DNA from: Gammaproteobacteria bacterium | Lineage (GTDB): Bacteria; Pseudomonadota; Gammaproteobacteria; UBA9339 | Direction of reading: 5' to 3' | Assembly (NCBI GenBank): GCA_023480665.1 | Contig: JAMCWR010000041.1 | Span: 3,378 to 67,377, forward strand | Length of the DNA stretch: 64,000 bases | Part shown: piece after piece, positions 35,796 to 45,096 of the stretch | Layout of the letters: each line of letters begins with the position of its first letter | Position numbering within the stretch: the stretch's first letter is position 1 | Notes under the pieces: generated by a model | Told to the model about the DNA's origin: nothing | The model's database searches: none | What the model saw: only the letters and a program-made list of their open reading frames with translations | Made by a program: the position numbers and the translations under genes

Positions 35796-37529
35796 TCAAC
35801 AAGGAGATTTACGTTCAAGATGCCGTTGCTGCTGCTGATCTTGGCACTCTGCAATTTCAGCCTGATGCTCTTGCATCTTCTTATAAAAAAATTCATCATC
35901 TCGTCGACAGCGTTCTAATCTATGGCTATATGGATCAATAGCTATTGGCACAAAGACTTTCCAAACACCTCTTGATGATAGTGTTCGTCCTGGGCTCAAG
36001 CCGATAAACAAACGACAATTGCTATCTTTTTTATGCCCTAAATCTTCCCTAATTTTAACTTTTAACACTTCCCGCCATCCTGTGCCTCCTTTTATCCCAT
36101 CCTCACCACGATCATATGTATTTAAAAATCTACCTGCGCTTGCGACTTTAAACTTTCCAACTATTCGAGCTATGTCTTCACTACTAAAACCCCTGCTTTT
36201 CGGGAATAATTTTGTAACTAGTTCTTCATCCCAATATAAACAACAATGCGCATTATCAATTTGAAGACGAATACAACCATCCGGCATTGGCGCGAGCGCT
36301 TCTTTTGCTTCAAAAACCCCGCTACGTACTGCTGCAGATGTAAACTTTGCTTCTTTCGCCTCAGCTCCCTCCCTTAGCCCTCTCCGAGGTGGTCTGCGAA
36401 GAGGTGGTGAGTGTGACGATGGCGATGATGATGAACCGCAACTCGAAGAAGAACAAGGTGCGATATTTTGATCACTACCACTAGATTTCGCATCAGGCGG
36501 AAAACCTCTATTATGCTTCGATTTCTTCTCTTCTGGTTCGCGTGAAACCATACTTTTGAGCGAACTATTTCCAATTCCAAAGAAATAATTGCGTAAAACA
36601 AGCATTATTGTGGCGACCAAAAGACATAGCGATAGGAGATCTCTTTTTTTTGCCGCCAAACCAACAAATAAAATAAGTGCAATTAATTCAATATTTCTCT
36701 GGTTAAATCTTGACTGGGCATACTCACTATATGGAAATTCTTGATTCCATTCTGCCATTGCATCTTCACGATCCTTTTCATCAAGCCATTTTTCAACTAA
36801 ATTCCCATGATGGCCAGCAAATTGATAGTGAGAAGAGTAATGTATTAAAATTTCATTTCCACTAAACAACACCTCATCAGTGGTCAAAGCTTTATTTATT
36901 AGTTCATTTGCAAAGTTATCAAGCATTTTCTCTAACAAACTATCACTAACTATAAAATTGTTATTTGCGCAAAACTCAACGACTAATTTTTGGAGATTAT
37001 TACGCAAATCAGTACGCAGCTTTCCCTTAAGGTAAAAACTTTTGCGTTCTGGGTTAAGACCAAAAGTCGTTAAAATTAAATCTCTAAATTTTTCACCTAA
37101 TTCATTTTCACAAGCATCAATACATTCCCCCAAAAATACTTCATCCAAGGTAAAATCATTTAGCCGTAATTTTGGCGGTAATCTTAAGGGTTGATAAAAG
37201 GCCAACCTTGAATTTCCTTTTTGTTTTACTTCTTTTTCTTCTTTTGCTTCCGGAATATGCAGATAAGTTTTTAGCCTCAAAGATATAAACTCTACGTTCT
37301 TTTGATCTGGTATTGAAAATCGGAGCGCATTTCCATCAAGATGCGCAATTGAGAACTTTATTTTCTTTTGATTTGCGACACAAAACATTCCCTGTTTATC
37401 ATCTTTAACATAATTAAAAACATTTTGGGCTAAATCCGGAGACGGACACTGCAATTCCAATCCATCCTGGTAGCAAGTAAGAGTTGGGACTTGAGATCGT
37501 TCTTTTAATTCTGCAATTGCGGCTGACAT
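35796..37529 (-). CDS. Hypothetical 577-aa protein with central hydrophobic hairpin and Ser/Pro-rich linker
   Basis: Long uninterrupted ORF. Two adjacent hydrophobic segments (IELIALILFVGLAA-KKRD-LLSLCLLVATIMLVL), then SSSSCGSSSSPSSHSPPLRRPPRR. No recognisable domain. Confidence 0.55.
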   Translation of the reverse strand: MSAAIAELKERSQVPTLTCYQDGLELQCPSPDLAQNVFNYVKDDKQGMFCVANQKKIKFSIAHLDGNALRFSIPDQKNVEFISLRLKTYLHIPEAKEEKEVKQKGNSRLAFYQPLRLPPKLRLNDFTLDEVFLGECIDACENELGEKFRDLILTTFGLNPERKSFYLKGKLRTDLRNNLQKLVVEFCANNNFIVSDSLLEKMLDNFANELINKALTTDEVLFSGNEILIHYSSHYQFAGHHGNLVEKWLDEKDREDAMAEWNQEFPYSEYAQSRFNQRNIELIALILFVGLAAKKRDLLSLCLLVATIMLVLRNYFFGIGNSSLKSMVSREPEEKKSKHNRGFPPDAKSSGSDQNIAPCSSSSCGSSSSPSSHSPPLRRPPRRGLREGAEAKEAKFTSAAVRSGVFEAKEALAPMPDGCIRLQIDNAHCCLYWDEELVTKLFPKSRGFSSEDIARIVGKFKVASAGRFLNTYDRGEDGIKGGTGWREVLKVKIREDLGHKKDSNCRLFIGLSPGRTLSSRGVWKVFVPIAIDPYSHRLERCRRDDEFFYKKMQEHQAEIAECQDQQQQRHLERKSPC

Positions 37530-37621
37530 TGATAATTCTCTTAAGTTATTTAAAGCATAGACTATATTATAAAAATCATCTGCACTAGTGCTCTGTCAAT
37601 TTTAATAGAAAAGAAATACTT

Positions 37622-38545
37622 TTAAGCTACAGCTACTAATTCCATTCGCGGTAACTGGCTTGCCTCAACCACAGAAGCTGGCGGCGATGGCGATACCAAA
37701 GGAGCTGCTGCACAAACTGGCGCTAGCGGTAACCCTGACTGCCTTCCTCCATTCGCCTCAATTCCTTCTATAATCGCAGTGTAACTACTTCTTAAAGATT
37801 TGCGATATTCTTCTTCAAGAATTTTTATTTGCGATTCGAGAAGATCATTAAACTTAAATATTTCTTTTAACAGTTCACTTATACCACCATACCAAAGTTT
37901 ACTCCTCCCGAGATTCATTAAACCTTGGCAGTCTTTTGAAATAGCACTGGCTTCTTTCGCGCCACCATTAATTTTTGCTCGAAATTCTGCTTCTTCAATT
38001 TTATTTATTGAATATTCATATCTGGCAGTCAACATTTCCCCTATCAGTGAAATCACCCGTATTCCATATCTGATATCAAATTGAATACTATTTAAAGCTA
38101 ATTTTTCGTCTTGACTACAATTGCAACTTATCTCTTCAATTTTAAGAAAAATATTATTTAATTCTGCAATGGTGTCATTCTCTATCAACCCTTTGACCCC
38201 TGCGGCAGCTTTTACATCACTACAATGTCTTTGCCAGTAAACACACAAGACTCTATGAGCAAGATTAGAGTAGCGAGTATGAATACCCACTGGAGCATAA
38301 TCTTTTTCGTTTTGTTCCTTTTTGAGATCGAGACCTGCGGTTAACACTTTTATTCTATTGAGTATGTCTATAATTGCTTGCGGCATGCTTGCCAGTGATG
38401 GGAAAGCTTCATTTATCCCTTCCTCTAAAGCATCTAATTCAGCGCAATACGCCGCCGAACCATAGTGCTTTTGGCTCTTAATGTTATTAAAAGCATCAAT
38501 AAAACCCTTAACACGGGCCTCGTTGATTTGAGCTGCATTACTCAT
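37622..38545 (-). CDS. Hypothetical all-alpha protein
   Basis: ORF with a GGAG RBS 8 nt upstream of ATG 38545, used instead of the track start 38617. No recognisable domain. The C-terminus is Pro/Ala-rich. Confidence 0.5.
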   Translation of the reverse strand: MSNAAQINEARVKGFIDAFNNIKSQKHYGSAAYCAELDALEEGINEAFPSLASMPQAIIDILNRIKVLTAGLDLKKEQNEKDYAPVGIHTRYSNLAHRVLCVYWQRHCSDVKAAAGVKGLIENDTIAELNNIFLKIEEISCNCSQDEKLALNSIQFDIRYGIRVISLIGEMLTARYEYSINKIEEAEFRAKINGGAKEASAISKDCQGLMNLGRSKLWYGGISELLKEIFKFNDLLESQIKILEEEYRKSLRSSYTAIIEGIEANGGRQSGLPLAPVCAAAPLVSPSPPASVVEASQLPRMELVAVA

Positions 38546-38691
38546 ATTTATTATCTCCTTTTTATTATTGTTTGCGATAGGATGATATAGCATTAATATT
38601 AACGAAATATTATGCATGCTTATGGCAAGATTATGTGATTTACCTCACAAACAAACAAATTTGGAGCAAAAAATGATGTGATTGTTTATTC

Positions 38692-38869
38692 GGGGTAGCG
38701 AGCACATTTAAACCAAAGCGTACGGTTTCAATTTTTAATCTAATAATTTCAATAAGTTATTTTTTACCAAAACAATCACAGATAGTAAATTACGTTAAAA
38801 ATAACTACCTGATTTTTAACGATAAAATTTTACAACCACCAGTTTTGGCAGGAATGTGCTACTATCCCG
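38692..38869. mobile_element. 178-bp miniature inverted-repeat element, copy 1 (Tn3-type IRs, degenerate right IR)
   Basis: Starts GGGGTAGCGAGCACATTTAAACC and ends GGAATGTGCTACTATCCCG. Colinear with copy 2, with about 17 mismatches by hand count. Confidence 0.75.
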
Positions 38870-38915
38870 TTTTGGGAGATTTGTATCGATAAAATAGAAA
38901 ATCTAGGGAGTGAAT

Positions 38916-40859
38916 ATGTGGAATGAAAATAATGTTCGAAGCTTTATCCAGCTTCTATATAGTAGATTATTACATAAATATAATACCAATGTGGAGGGTT
39001 TTATAAATGAGCTTATTGTAAACATGCAAAGCCATAATTCAACTTTTGCAACAAGTATTTTTGAAGGCGCTTTGTATTGTTGCGAAAAAATGTTATTACA
39101 ACCACTGGTTGATAATTGGCTCAAGTTGTTTAATAAAAGCAATGGTAAAATAGAAATACCTATATCATTTGCAACTGAAGTCCATGAAGCTCTTGTTCAG
39201 TCGCAAGAATTTGATTTATGGGTCAATGCTTCGCAAAAGATTAATCTAACAAAGAAAGATATTTACCATTTGAGCGAAGAACACCAAATAGTTTTCGATA
39301 TATTTAATCGTGTTCTTTTTTCTGAAATATCATCCAATCTAAAATTAGAAAATATACCCATTACTTTCATAGTCGATGATCAATTACTGAAAAATAAGGG
39401 TGGGATAACATTTAATACTTGTGGTGGCAAAGAAAATACAACACGCATTTTACCCTATACTCATCCACTAAATAAATTTAAGAGCCGATCTAATAGTGTT
39501 AATGTTGCTACGGTTTGCCATCCATTTTTAAGTTGCGAACAATATGATTTTAATAGGCCTGGCTCTGATTGCCAAAATCTTATTCATCACTATGCTTTAC
39601 ACGAAAGCGCACATGCTCTTGGATTACTGCATTACGATTCCAACATCAATAAGCTTTTAAATAATTCAGTATATTGGGATATAAGCATAATGGGTAAGAT
39701 TGATGAGGTCGGATCACTCTCTGCAAACCAATGTTCAGGAGAGTGCAACTATTTAATGGGGCTTGAATTTAAACCCCTAGACTTTTTTTTGCTATATATC
39801 GCTTATAATTATGGATCATGTCAGCATTTTATCAATCATGTTCATGTTGAGGTTATGTCTTCAAAGGCGTTGGAAACAACTGATAGCGAAAACGCTCATA
39901 TTTTGGCTTCATTGGCTCCGCAACCAGCAACTAATGTTATGGTCGATGCAATCAACACAACAGATAATACTTCTAATGCCAGAGTATCAGGATTGTCTGG
40001 TGCCCCGGGTATTACTGGCGCACCATTTGGTTTTGAAGAAATACAGGAATCTGGTGCTACTTCTGCCAGTAGCTCTGCTTGGTTTAACTGGGGCATCCTA
40101 TACCCATTCTTTAGCATTTTACGTACGCCGTCACCATTTATGATTTCCGAAAAAAATAGCGAACCCCAACGCCCAGAAGAAAAACAAGAGGTCAAGCAAG
40201 GAACGGTAATGGGGCGCACTGTTGAGATGCCATATCAAGATACTAGAAGTGTCGTTCAATCGTTAGATGGCAATATTGGATTATTTGCTGTAATGACACA
40301 GTGGGCTGCCGATGCTTGGAATTGGTGGGTAATACCCAAAAAACCACCTGTAGTTTATATGGAAGAAAAAGCCTTTGAACGTAACTTATACCGCTGTGAA
40401 CATTATCTAAGAGCAATTAAAAATCAATTAAATGAAACATATAGCTTTATAAATAGAATGAGAAAAACTTATGCAATAAATGTTTATAATTTTGCAAAAC
40501 AGCAACTTGCAGCACTACAAGATGCTTATTATATGCATCAAGAAACTTTTGAATACCTTCAAGAAAAGAGGCACGCAACAACAGAAGAAATGTATGAATT
40601 GCTACAAGATTTAGAATATTTAAAAACAAATGCTTTCATCGAAGCACGTGAAGACATAGAAATGTTTATAGAAAGACAAAAAAATGAAGTAAGATTACAA
40701 GAGGAAATGGATGGTTTTTTAAAGAGACGAGCAGATACATTATCTTTGATTGTTGGTTACAGACCACCAACAGTTTTTTCAGCACAAGTTACATCACAGC
40801 TATCTCCACTCAGCAGAGAACATACATCTAGCACGCACGTTAGTAATCGACCTAATTAG
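38916..40859 (+). CDS. Hypothetical protein with metzincin-type zinc motif HEXXHXXGXXH and C-terminal coiled coil
   Basis: HHYALHESAHALGLLHYD contains H-E-S-A-H-A-L-G-L-L-H. AGGGAG RBS 6 nt before ATG 38916. The C-terminal ~170 aa are heptad-rich. Confidence 0.6.
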   Translation: MWNENNVRSFIQLLYSRLLHKYNTNVEGFINELIVNMQSHNSTFATSIFEGALYCCEKMLLQPLVDNWLKLFNKSNGKIEIPISFATEVHEALVQSQEFDLWVNASQKINLTKKDIYHLSEEHQIVFDIFNRVLFSEISSNLKLENIPITFIVDDQLLKNKGGITFNTCGGKENTTRILPYTHPLNKFKSRSNSVNVATVCHPFLSCEQYDFNRPGSDCQNLIHHYALHESAHALGLLHYDSNINKLLNNSVYWDISIMGKIDEVGSLSANQCSGECNYLMGLEFKPLDFFLLYIAYNYGSCQHFINHVHVEVMSSKALETTDSENAHILASLAPQPATNVMVDAINTTDNTSNARVSGLSGAPGITGAPFGFEEIQESGATSASSSAWFNWGILYPFFSILRTPSPFMISEKNSEPQRPEEKQEVKQGTVMGRTVEMPYQDTRSVVQSLDGNIGLFAVMTQWAADAWNWWVIPKKPPVVYMEEKAFERNLYRCEHYLRAIKNQLNETYSFINRMRKTYAINVYNFAKQQLAALQDAYYMHQETFEYLQEKRHATTEEMYELLQDLEYLKTNAFIEAREDIEMFIERQKNEVRLQEEMDGFLKRRADTLSLIVGYRPPTVFSAQVTSQLSPLSREHTSSTHVSNRPN

Positions 40860-41045
40860 CAAAGCTATCTTGCCAAATAGATATTTTTGACCCCCAGAAT
40901 TTTACTAGTACACTATGACCATAAACTACAGTTTAAAGCCAGGCCAATTTTGAGAATTGAGAGCCTTGAATTTAAAGGGCTGGCGATTGGAAATTTGTTA
41001 GGGGTTTTTGGCCAGGCAATTGTTTAATTTTATGAGAACAAAAAA

Positions 41046-41825
41046 ATGGAAAACATAATAATACAAAATTCTGTACAGCAAGCAGAAAAAGAAGCTTTTG
41101 AGAAAATCACTCCTCACATAAGTAAACATTTAGACTACACAACACAAGTATACGATATTCTTTGCCAAGTAAATTTACTGTTAGTAGGAAAGAAACTCAA
41201 AGAAATCCCTTACACTCATTTCGTGCACCAGATACTTATTGCAAGAATCGCCGATTACTTAAGACCTGTTATCTTATTGACACAGCAAGGCTATGTTGAC
41301 CAAGCAGCTACTCTTGCTGCCTCAATGTTCGAGCTTGCACATACACTTCTTTATATTGGCTGTGATATAGATCGAGCAAGATTGTGGGGAAAAGCAAACG
41401 AAATTGAAGATGAAATGCCGCGAAAAGTTTTTGGTAAAAACTGGCTAGAAATAATTTCGTGCAATAAAGAAATTTATGACGAAACATTCATAAATGATGA
41501 TGAATACAACGTTTATAAGCAGCTATGTTGGATGAAACATTCATTGCCTTGTCTGCAAGGAATGTCTTACGACAAAGACGAGGAGGCGGTTTGGGTTTCT
41601 TTTGCTCCCCGTTGGGATAACAATGCAGTAAGAATCGCTTCGTTTGCTTTACAACATTCAGGTAGATATGGACAATTAGCTGTAGGCTCACTTTTTATAA
41701 ATCATGCAATCACTAATGAACTTATAGAAAAAAAGCAATTTGAAGCTAGTACACTAAGACTACAACTGCACAATGAAGGCATTACTAAATATGGTAATAG
41801 TAGCCCTTTTAAAGAAACCAAATAA
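41046..41825 (+). CDS. Hypothetical protein (first gene of a 4-gene same-strand cluster)
   Basis: 259-aa ORF, helical, no confident domain. Faint resemblance to DUF5677-type proteins, not verifiable here. Confidence 0.5.
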   Translation: MENIIIQNSVQQAEKEAFEKITPHISKHLDYTTQVYDILCQVNLLLVGKKLKEIPYTHFVHQILIARIADYLRPVILLTQQGYVDQAATLAASMFELAHTLLYIGCDIDRARLWGKANEIEDEMPRKVFGKNWLEIISCNKEIYDETFINDDEYNVYKQLCWMKHSLPCLQGMSYDKDEEAVWVSFAPRWDNNAVRIASFALQHSGRYGQLAVGSLFINHAITNELIEKKQFEASTLRLQLHNEGITKYGNSSPFKETK

Positions 41826-41881
41826 AATGTTACATTTCTTAAGTTAGTTAAACATATTTTGAAGAAGCGAGGTAAATTATT

Positions 41882-42550
41882 ATGAATTACTTTTTACTTA
41901 TCCTTTTAATATTTTTTTTCATATTTGTTGCAATATATAACGAGCAAATAAAAAAGCTCTTTACTATATTTGCCGATAAAATGCAGCAAGCTTCCAATCT
42001 ATCTTGCAAAGACTTAAATATAAACTTTGTTAACCCGTTAGACATAAACACAATACAAAATCAAAACATTGGGAATCAACTGTATTCTGCTGAGCAAAAT
42101 AAAGCATACGAGAACTTAGTTGGAAATAAAAACTTATTCATCTCTGAAAGAGAAAAATTTATCACCGCCGAATTAATAAAATCGAAGTTGCCACCAGCCA
42201 GATGCATAGATGCTTTAAAAGAAACTTTGGCCAAAATGATGCTTATCAATAATTTTTTACTTATAGACAAAGTCATTTTTCAGCAACAAATATCATTGCT
42301 TGGGTATTTGAATATTAATTACTTTGCAGAAAAAGAGGATTTAAAAAATTTTTACGACGATTGGAAGGCAAACAGTGAGCCACATATAATAAAAGATTAC
42401 CTTAAATATGTGCCTATTTCGCTTGATAAATTTATAGGATTTTTAATAGATTCTCAGCTTATATGCATTACAAGTGAGCACAAATATAATATTACATCTT
42501 TCGGTAAAGAGTTTTTATCCTACCTCATTAAGATAGGAAGAAAAATTTAA
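41882..42550 (+). CDS. Hypothetical protein with N-terminal TM and C-terminal winged-helix-like segment
   Basis: The N-terminus LLILLIFFFIFVAIY is hydrophobic. The C-terminal FIGFLIDSQLICITSEHKYNITSFGKEFLSYL is wHTH-like. The gaps to its neighbours are 56 and 37 nt. Confidence 0.5.
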   Translation: MNYFLLILLIFFFIFVAIYNEQIKKLFTIFADKMQQASNLSCKDLNINFVNPLDINTIQNQNIGNQLYSAEQNKAYENLVGNKNLFISEREKFITAELIKSKLPPARCIDALKETLAKMMLINNFLLIDKVIFQQQISLLGYLNINYFAEKEDLKNFYDDWKANSEPHIIKDYLKYVPISLDKFIGFLIDSQLICITSEHKYNITSFGKEFLSYLIKIGRKI

Positions 42551-42587
42551 GCCTTGTTATATCAATTAAATTTCTTGTAAGGTAAAA

Positions 42588-43190
42588 ATGAGAATAGGAT
42601 TATACGCGCGAGTATCTACAGAAGATCAAAACACTTTGCCAATGCAAATACAGGCATTGCAAAAATATGTTGCTAGTCGTGGCTGGACTGTTGCTCTGCA
42701 AATTGAGGATGTTGGCTCTGGCGCCAAAGAAAAACCAAAGCGCGACGAATTACTAAAAGCAGCACGTAGACGTGATATAGACGCAATATTGGTTTGGAAA
42801 CTTGATCGCTGGGGTCGTTCTGTAACAGATTTACTCAATACCTTAACAGAGCTAAACCAATTGGGTGTAGGTTTTATATCTATAACTGAAGCATTAGACC
42901 TAACTACCCCAACCGGCCGGGCAATGGCAGGATTGCTTGCTATTTTTGCTGAATTTGAGCGCGATTTATTATGTGAACGCGTAAAAGCTGGCATTGCTCA
43001 TGCTAGAAAACTTGGTAAAGCTCATGGCCGACCAATAACTGTTGCTAATAAAACCGACGAAATAAAATCACTTTTTAAAAAAGGATTTAGTAAATCAAAA
43101 ATTGCAAAGGCTTTAAATATAAGTAGAACCTCCATTAGGCGACTACTTACAAAACCCAACGACTCAAATATTGAAATAGCAAGAAATTAA
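42588..43190 (+). CDS. Small serine recombinase (resolvase/invertase family)
   Basis: MRIGLYARVSTEDQ (catalytic Ser context), ...LVWKLDRWGRS..., and a C-terminal HTH (SKSKIAKALNISRTSIRRLL). Confidence 0.9.
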   Translation: MRIGLYARVSTEDQNTLPMQIQALQKYVASRGWTVALQIEDVGSGAKEKPKRDELLKAARRRDIDAILVWKLDRWGRSVTDLLNTLTELNQLGVGFISITEALDLTTPTGRAMAGLLAIFAEFERDLLCERVKAGIAHARKLGKAHGRPITVANKTDEIKSLFKKGFSKSKIAKALNISRTSIRRLLTKPNDSNIEIARN

Positions 43191-43216
43191 ATGTTAAAAC
43201 TAAAGGAAACTAATTT

Positions 43217-43795
43217 ATGAAAAAAATATTTATTATATCCACAATTCTTCTTGGTTTGTCAGGCATTGTTTTTGCTGATCACAACCAAAAGATAGCTAGT
43301 CACTTAAATAAAGCTGGTACTACAAAGATGGTTGGCGCAAAAATAAGTAACGTTAGATTTTTAGTTACAAAATTTGACGAAACTTTTTTATTTTATCGCG
43401 ATACCCTTGGATTCAAAGTAACCTGGGGTGATTTAGGTGAGATTTTTGCTCAGTTCCAGCCAGGTGATGATCCTAAAGAATTTTTTACAATTTTTTCAAA
43501 GAAACTTATGGCAGAAGATGTTAAAACATTACATCTTCCATCATTTGCCTCAGCACAAGACAATGTGGTTTTAGTTTTCTCTTTGGGGTCACGGGAAAAT
43601 GTCGATAAATTTTATCAAATATTAAAGACAAAGGGCGTCAAGTTTGTTGATCAACCACAAGATCACCCACGCTGGGGCATTCGTACAGTACATTTACGTG
43701 ATCCAGATGGCAATCTTTTGGAATTTATGGCTGAACTTCCACCAGATAAATATAGCGAGGAATTAAAAAAAGAATTTGCGAAATATGCCCATTAA
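43217..43795 (+). CDS. Secreted VOC/glyoxalase-family protein
   Basis: Signal peptide (IISTILLGLSGIVFA). The VOC pattern FYRDTLGFKV...HLRDPDGNLLEF is present. Confidence 0.7.
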   Translation: MKKIFIISTILLGLSGIVFADHNQKIASHLNKAGTTKMVGAKISNVRFLVTKFDETFLFYRDTLGFKVTWGDLGEIFAQFQPGDDPKEFFTIFSKKLMAEDVKTLHLPSFASAQDNVVLVFSLGSRENVDKFYQILKTKGVKFVDQPQDHPRWGIRTVHLRDPDGNLLEFMAELPPDKYSEELKKEFAKYAH

Positions 43796-43985
43796 TTATC
43801 TTTAAAGTAATTGCCTATACGGGTGATTGGTAATTATAAGAGGCTCCCTTGGCGTGCTTTTACGAACGAATTCGTTTACTACCCTATTGGACAGGAAAAA
43901 ATTGTTAATATTTCTAAGGGAAAATGATAATAGTAATTCCAGAGCTAAATCATAAGGGGTGGTTTTGTTAGACCCCGAATACATT

Positions 43986-44774
43986 TCACTGAATATTTTC
44001 ATAAGGGGAATCTAAATACATTCCAACCCCACCTTCCAAACTTCCTTTTGGATCGCGATTTTGTCTAGTCATGCGTGACACATAGCATGCATCTGAAACA
44101 CAACCAACAAAATATGAAATATGATCTTTAGAATCTGGCTTATTTAGTTTTTGCCACAGGCGTTTTCCATTAACTTCATTAATTTTTATAAAACCAACTC
44201 CAGGAATACAAATCATTGAAACAATACCACTTTCAGCTGGGCAGTTACACTCATGGAAAACGTCTAATAAACGCTGATATTCACTTTCAATGGAGGTGCA
44301 ATCTGTTTGATACGCAAACAGCAAATTAAAAGCTCCAGTTTGTCTTTGAATATATTCAGAACGAACTGTAAATTTTAATGAGTTAACTTGTTGTGACCTC
44401 GCTATGAATTTTTTCAGTTCAGGCCTGGTTAATTTTGATTTTACTTCGATTCGACATAAGACACTATTAACAAGAAAAACTCCATCTGGTGTATTATTGG
44501 AACCGAGAATCGGTGGCGCTAACAGTTCATCATAAAGTAAAATATCTTCTTGTCCTGCTTCAGTTATCTTATTAGCAGCGTCTATAATGATTCCTGTACC
44601 ACATTTAATGCCAAGAGGCAGCCAAGGAGAGAGAATGTTGTTAACAAGAATCTCTCTTAATCTACCTTTTACAACAGGATGCCCTACCGCCTGTTCATGC
44701 TTGAATAAAGCAAGTAAATGATCTGAATCAATTTGCAGCCTTTCTAAAATATAGTTTATCATAAGGTTATCCAT
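43986..44774 (-). CDS. DUF6602-like PD-(D/E)xK fold protein
   Basis: VKGRLREILVNNILSPWLPLGIKCGTGIIID...QEDILLYD...VLCRIEVKSKL fits the recalled DUF6602 pattern (G..E..lr.fL...LP....v.tG.iiD...Q.DivIYD....avIEVKS.L), that is D...E-x-K. Confidence 0.55.
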   Translation of the reverse strand: MDNLMINYILERLQIDSDHLLALFKHEQAVGHPVVKGRLREILVNNILSPWLPLGIKCGTGIIIDAANKITEAGQEDILLYDELLAPPILGSNNTPDGVFLVNSVLCRIEVKSKLTRPELKKFIARSQQVNSLKFTVRSEYIQRQTGAFNLLFAYQTDCTSIESEYQRLLDVFHECNCPAESGIVSMICIPGVGFIKINEVNGKRLWQKLNKPDSKDHISYFVGCVSDACYVSRMTRQNRDPKGSLEGGVGMYLDSPYENIQ

Positions 44775-44848
44775 TGCTTTGTCATTTTATTTTTTACCTT
44801 TCTGGATTAAAATAGCGTGCACGTAAGATAAGCTCTTTGTTTTATGTA

Positions 44849-45052
44849 CTACAGTTCTGTGCTAGACATAATACGCGCGTCTTTGCATAATGAATTTTTT
44901 GCCGCTTCTTGAGCAAATTTTAATTCTTGATCAAAATTTGCAACAGTTTTCCATTCACCGCACTCAACTGACTTTAACATCTCTCTTTCTTCTTTATTTA
45001 GTTCAAGATCTTTCAAATTATACACTACCTTATTTTGTGTTTGCTTGTTCAT
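44849..45052 (-). pseudogene. N-terminal fragment of a CopG/RHH-type antitoxin-like protein
   Basis: LNKEEREMLKSVECGEWKTVANFDQELKFAQEAAKNSLCKDARI matches the N-terminal half of a recalled antitoxin family (E..iL.s.E.GEwksv.....e...y...Ak....KD.RI.IRL...). The RHH C-terminal half is missing. Confidence 0.35.
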
Positions 45053-45096
45053 AATTCACTTTTTACTTAAAATAAACACACTTCATTACATGGGTT

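Noticed and set aside
38903-39142. 79-aa minus ORF, and 39811-40143, 39896-40219 and 40447-40629, within the metzincin-motif gene
   Set aside because: They are alternative-frame or antisense ORFs inside a long uninterrupted plus-strand ORF with a good RBS.
43802-44002. 66-aa minus-strand ORF overlapping the 3' end of the DUF6602-like gene
   Set aside because: No motifs and no RBS seen. It lies in the convergent terminator region between two genes, so it is probably spurious.
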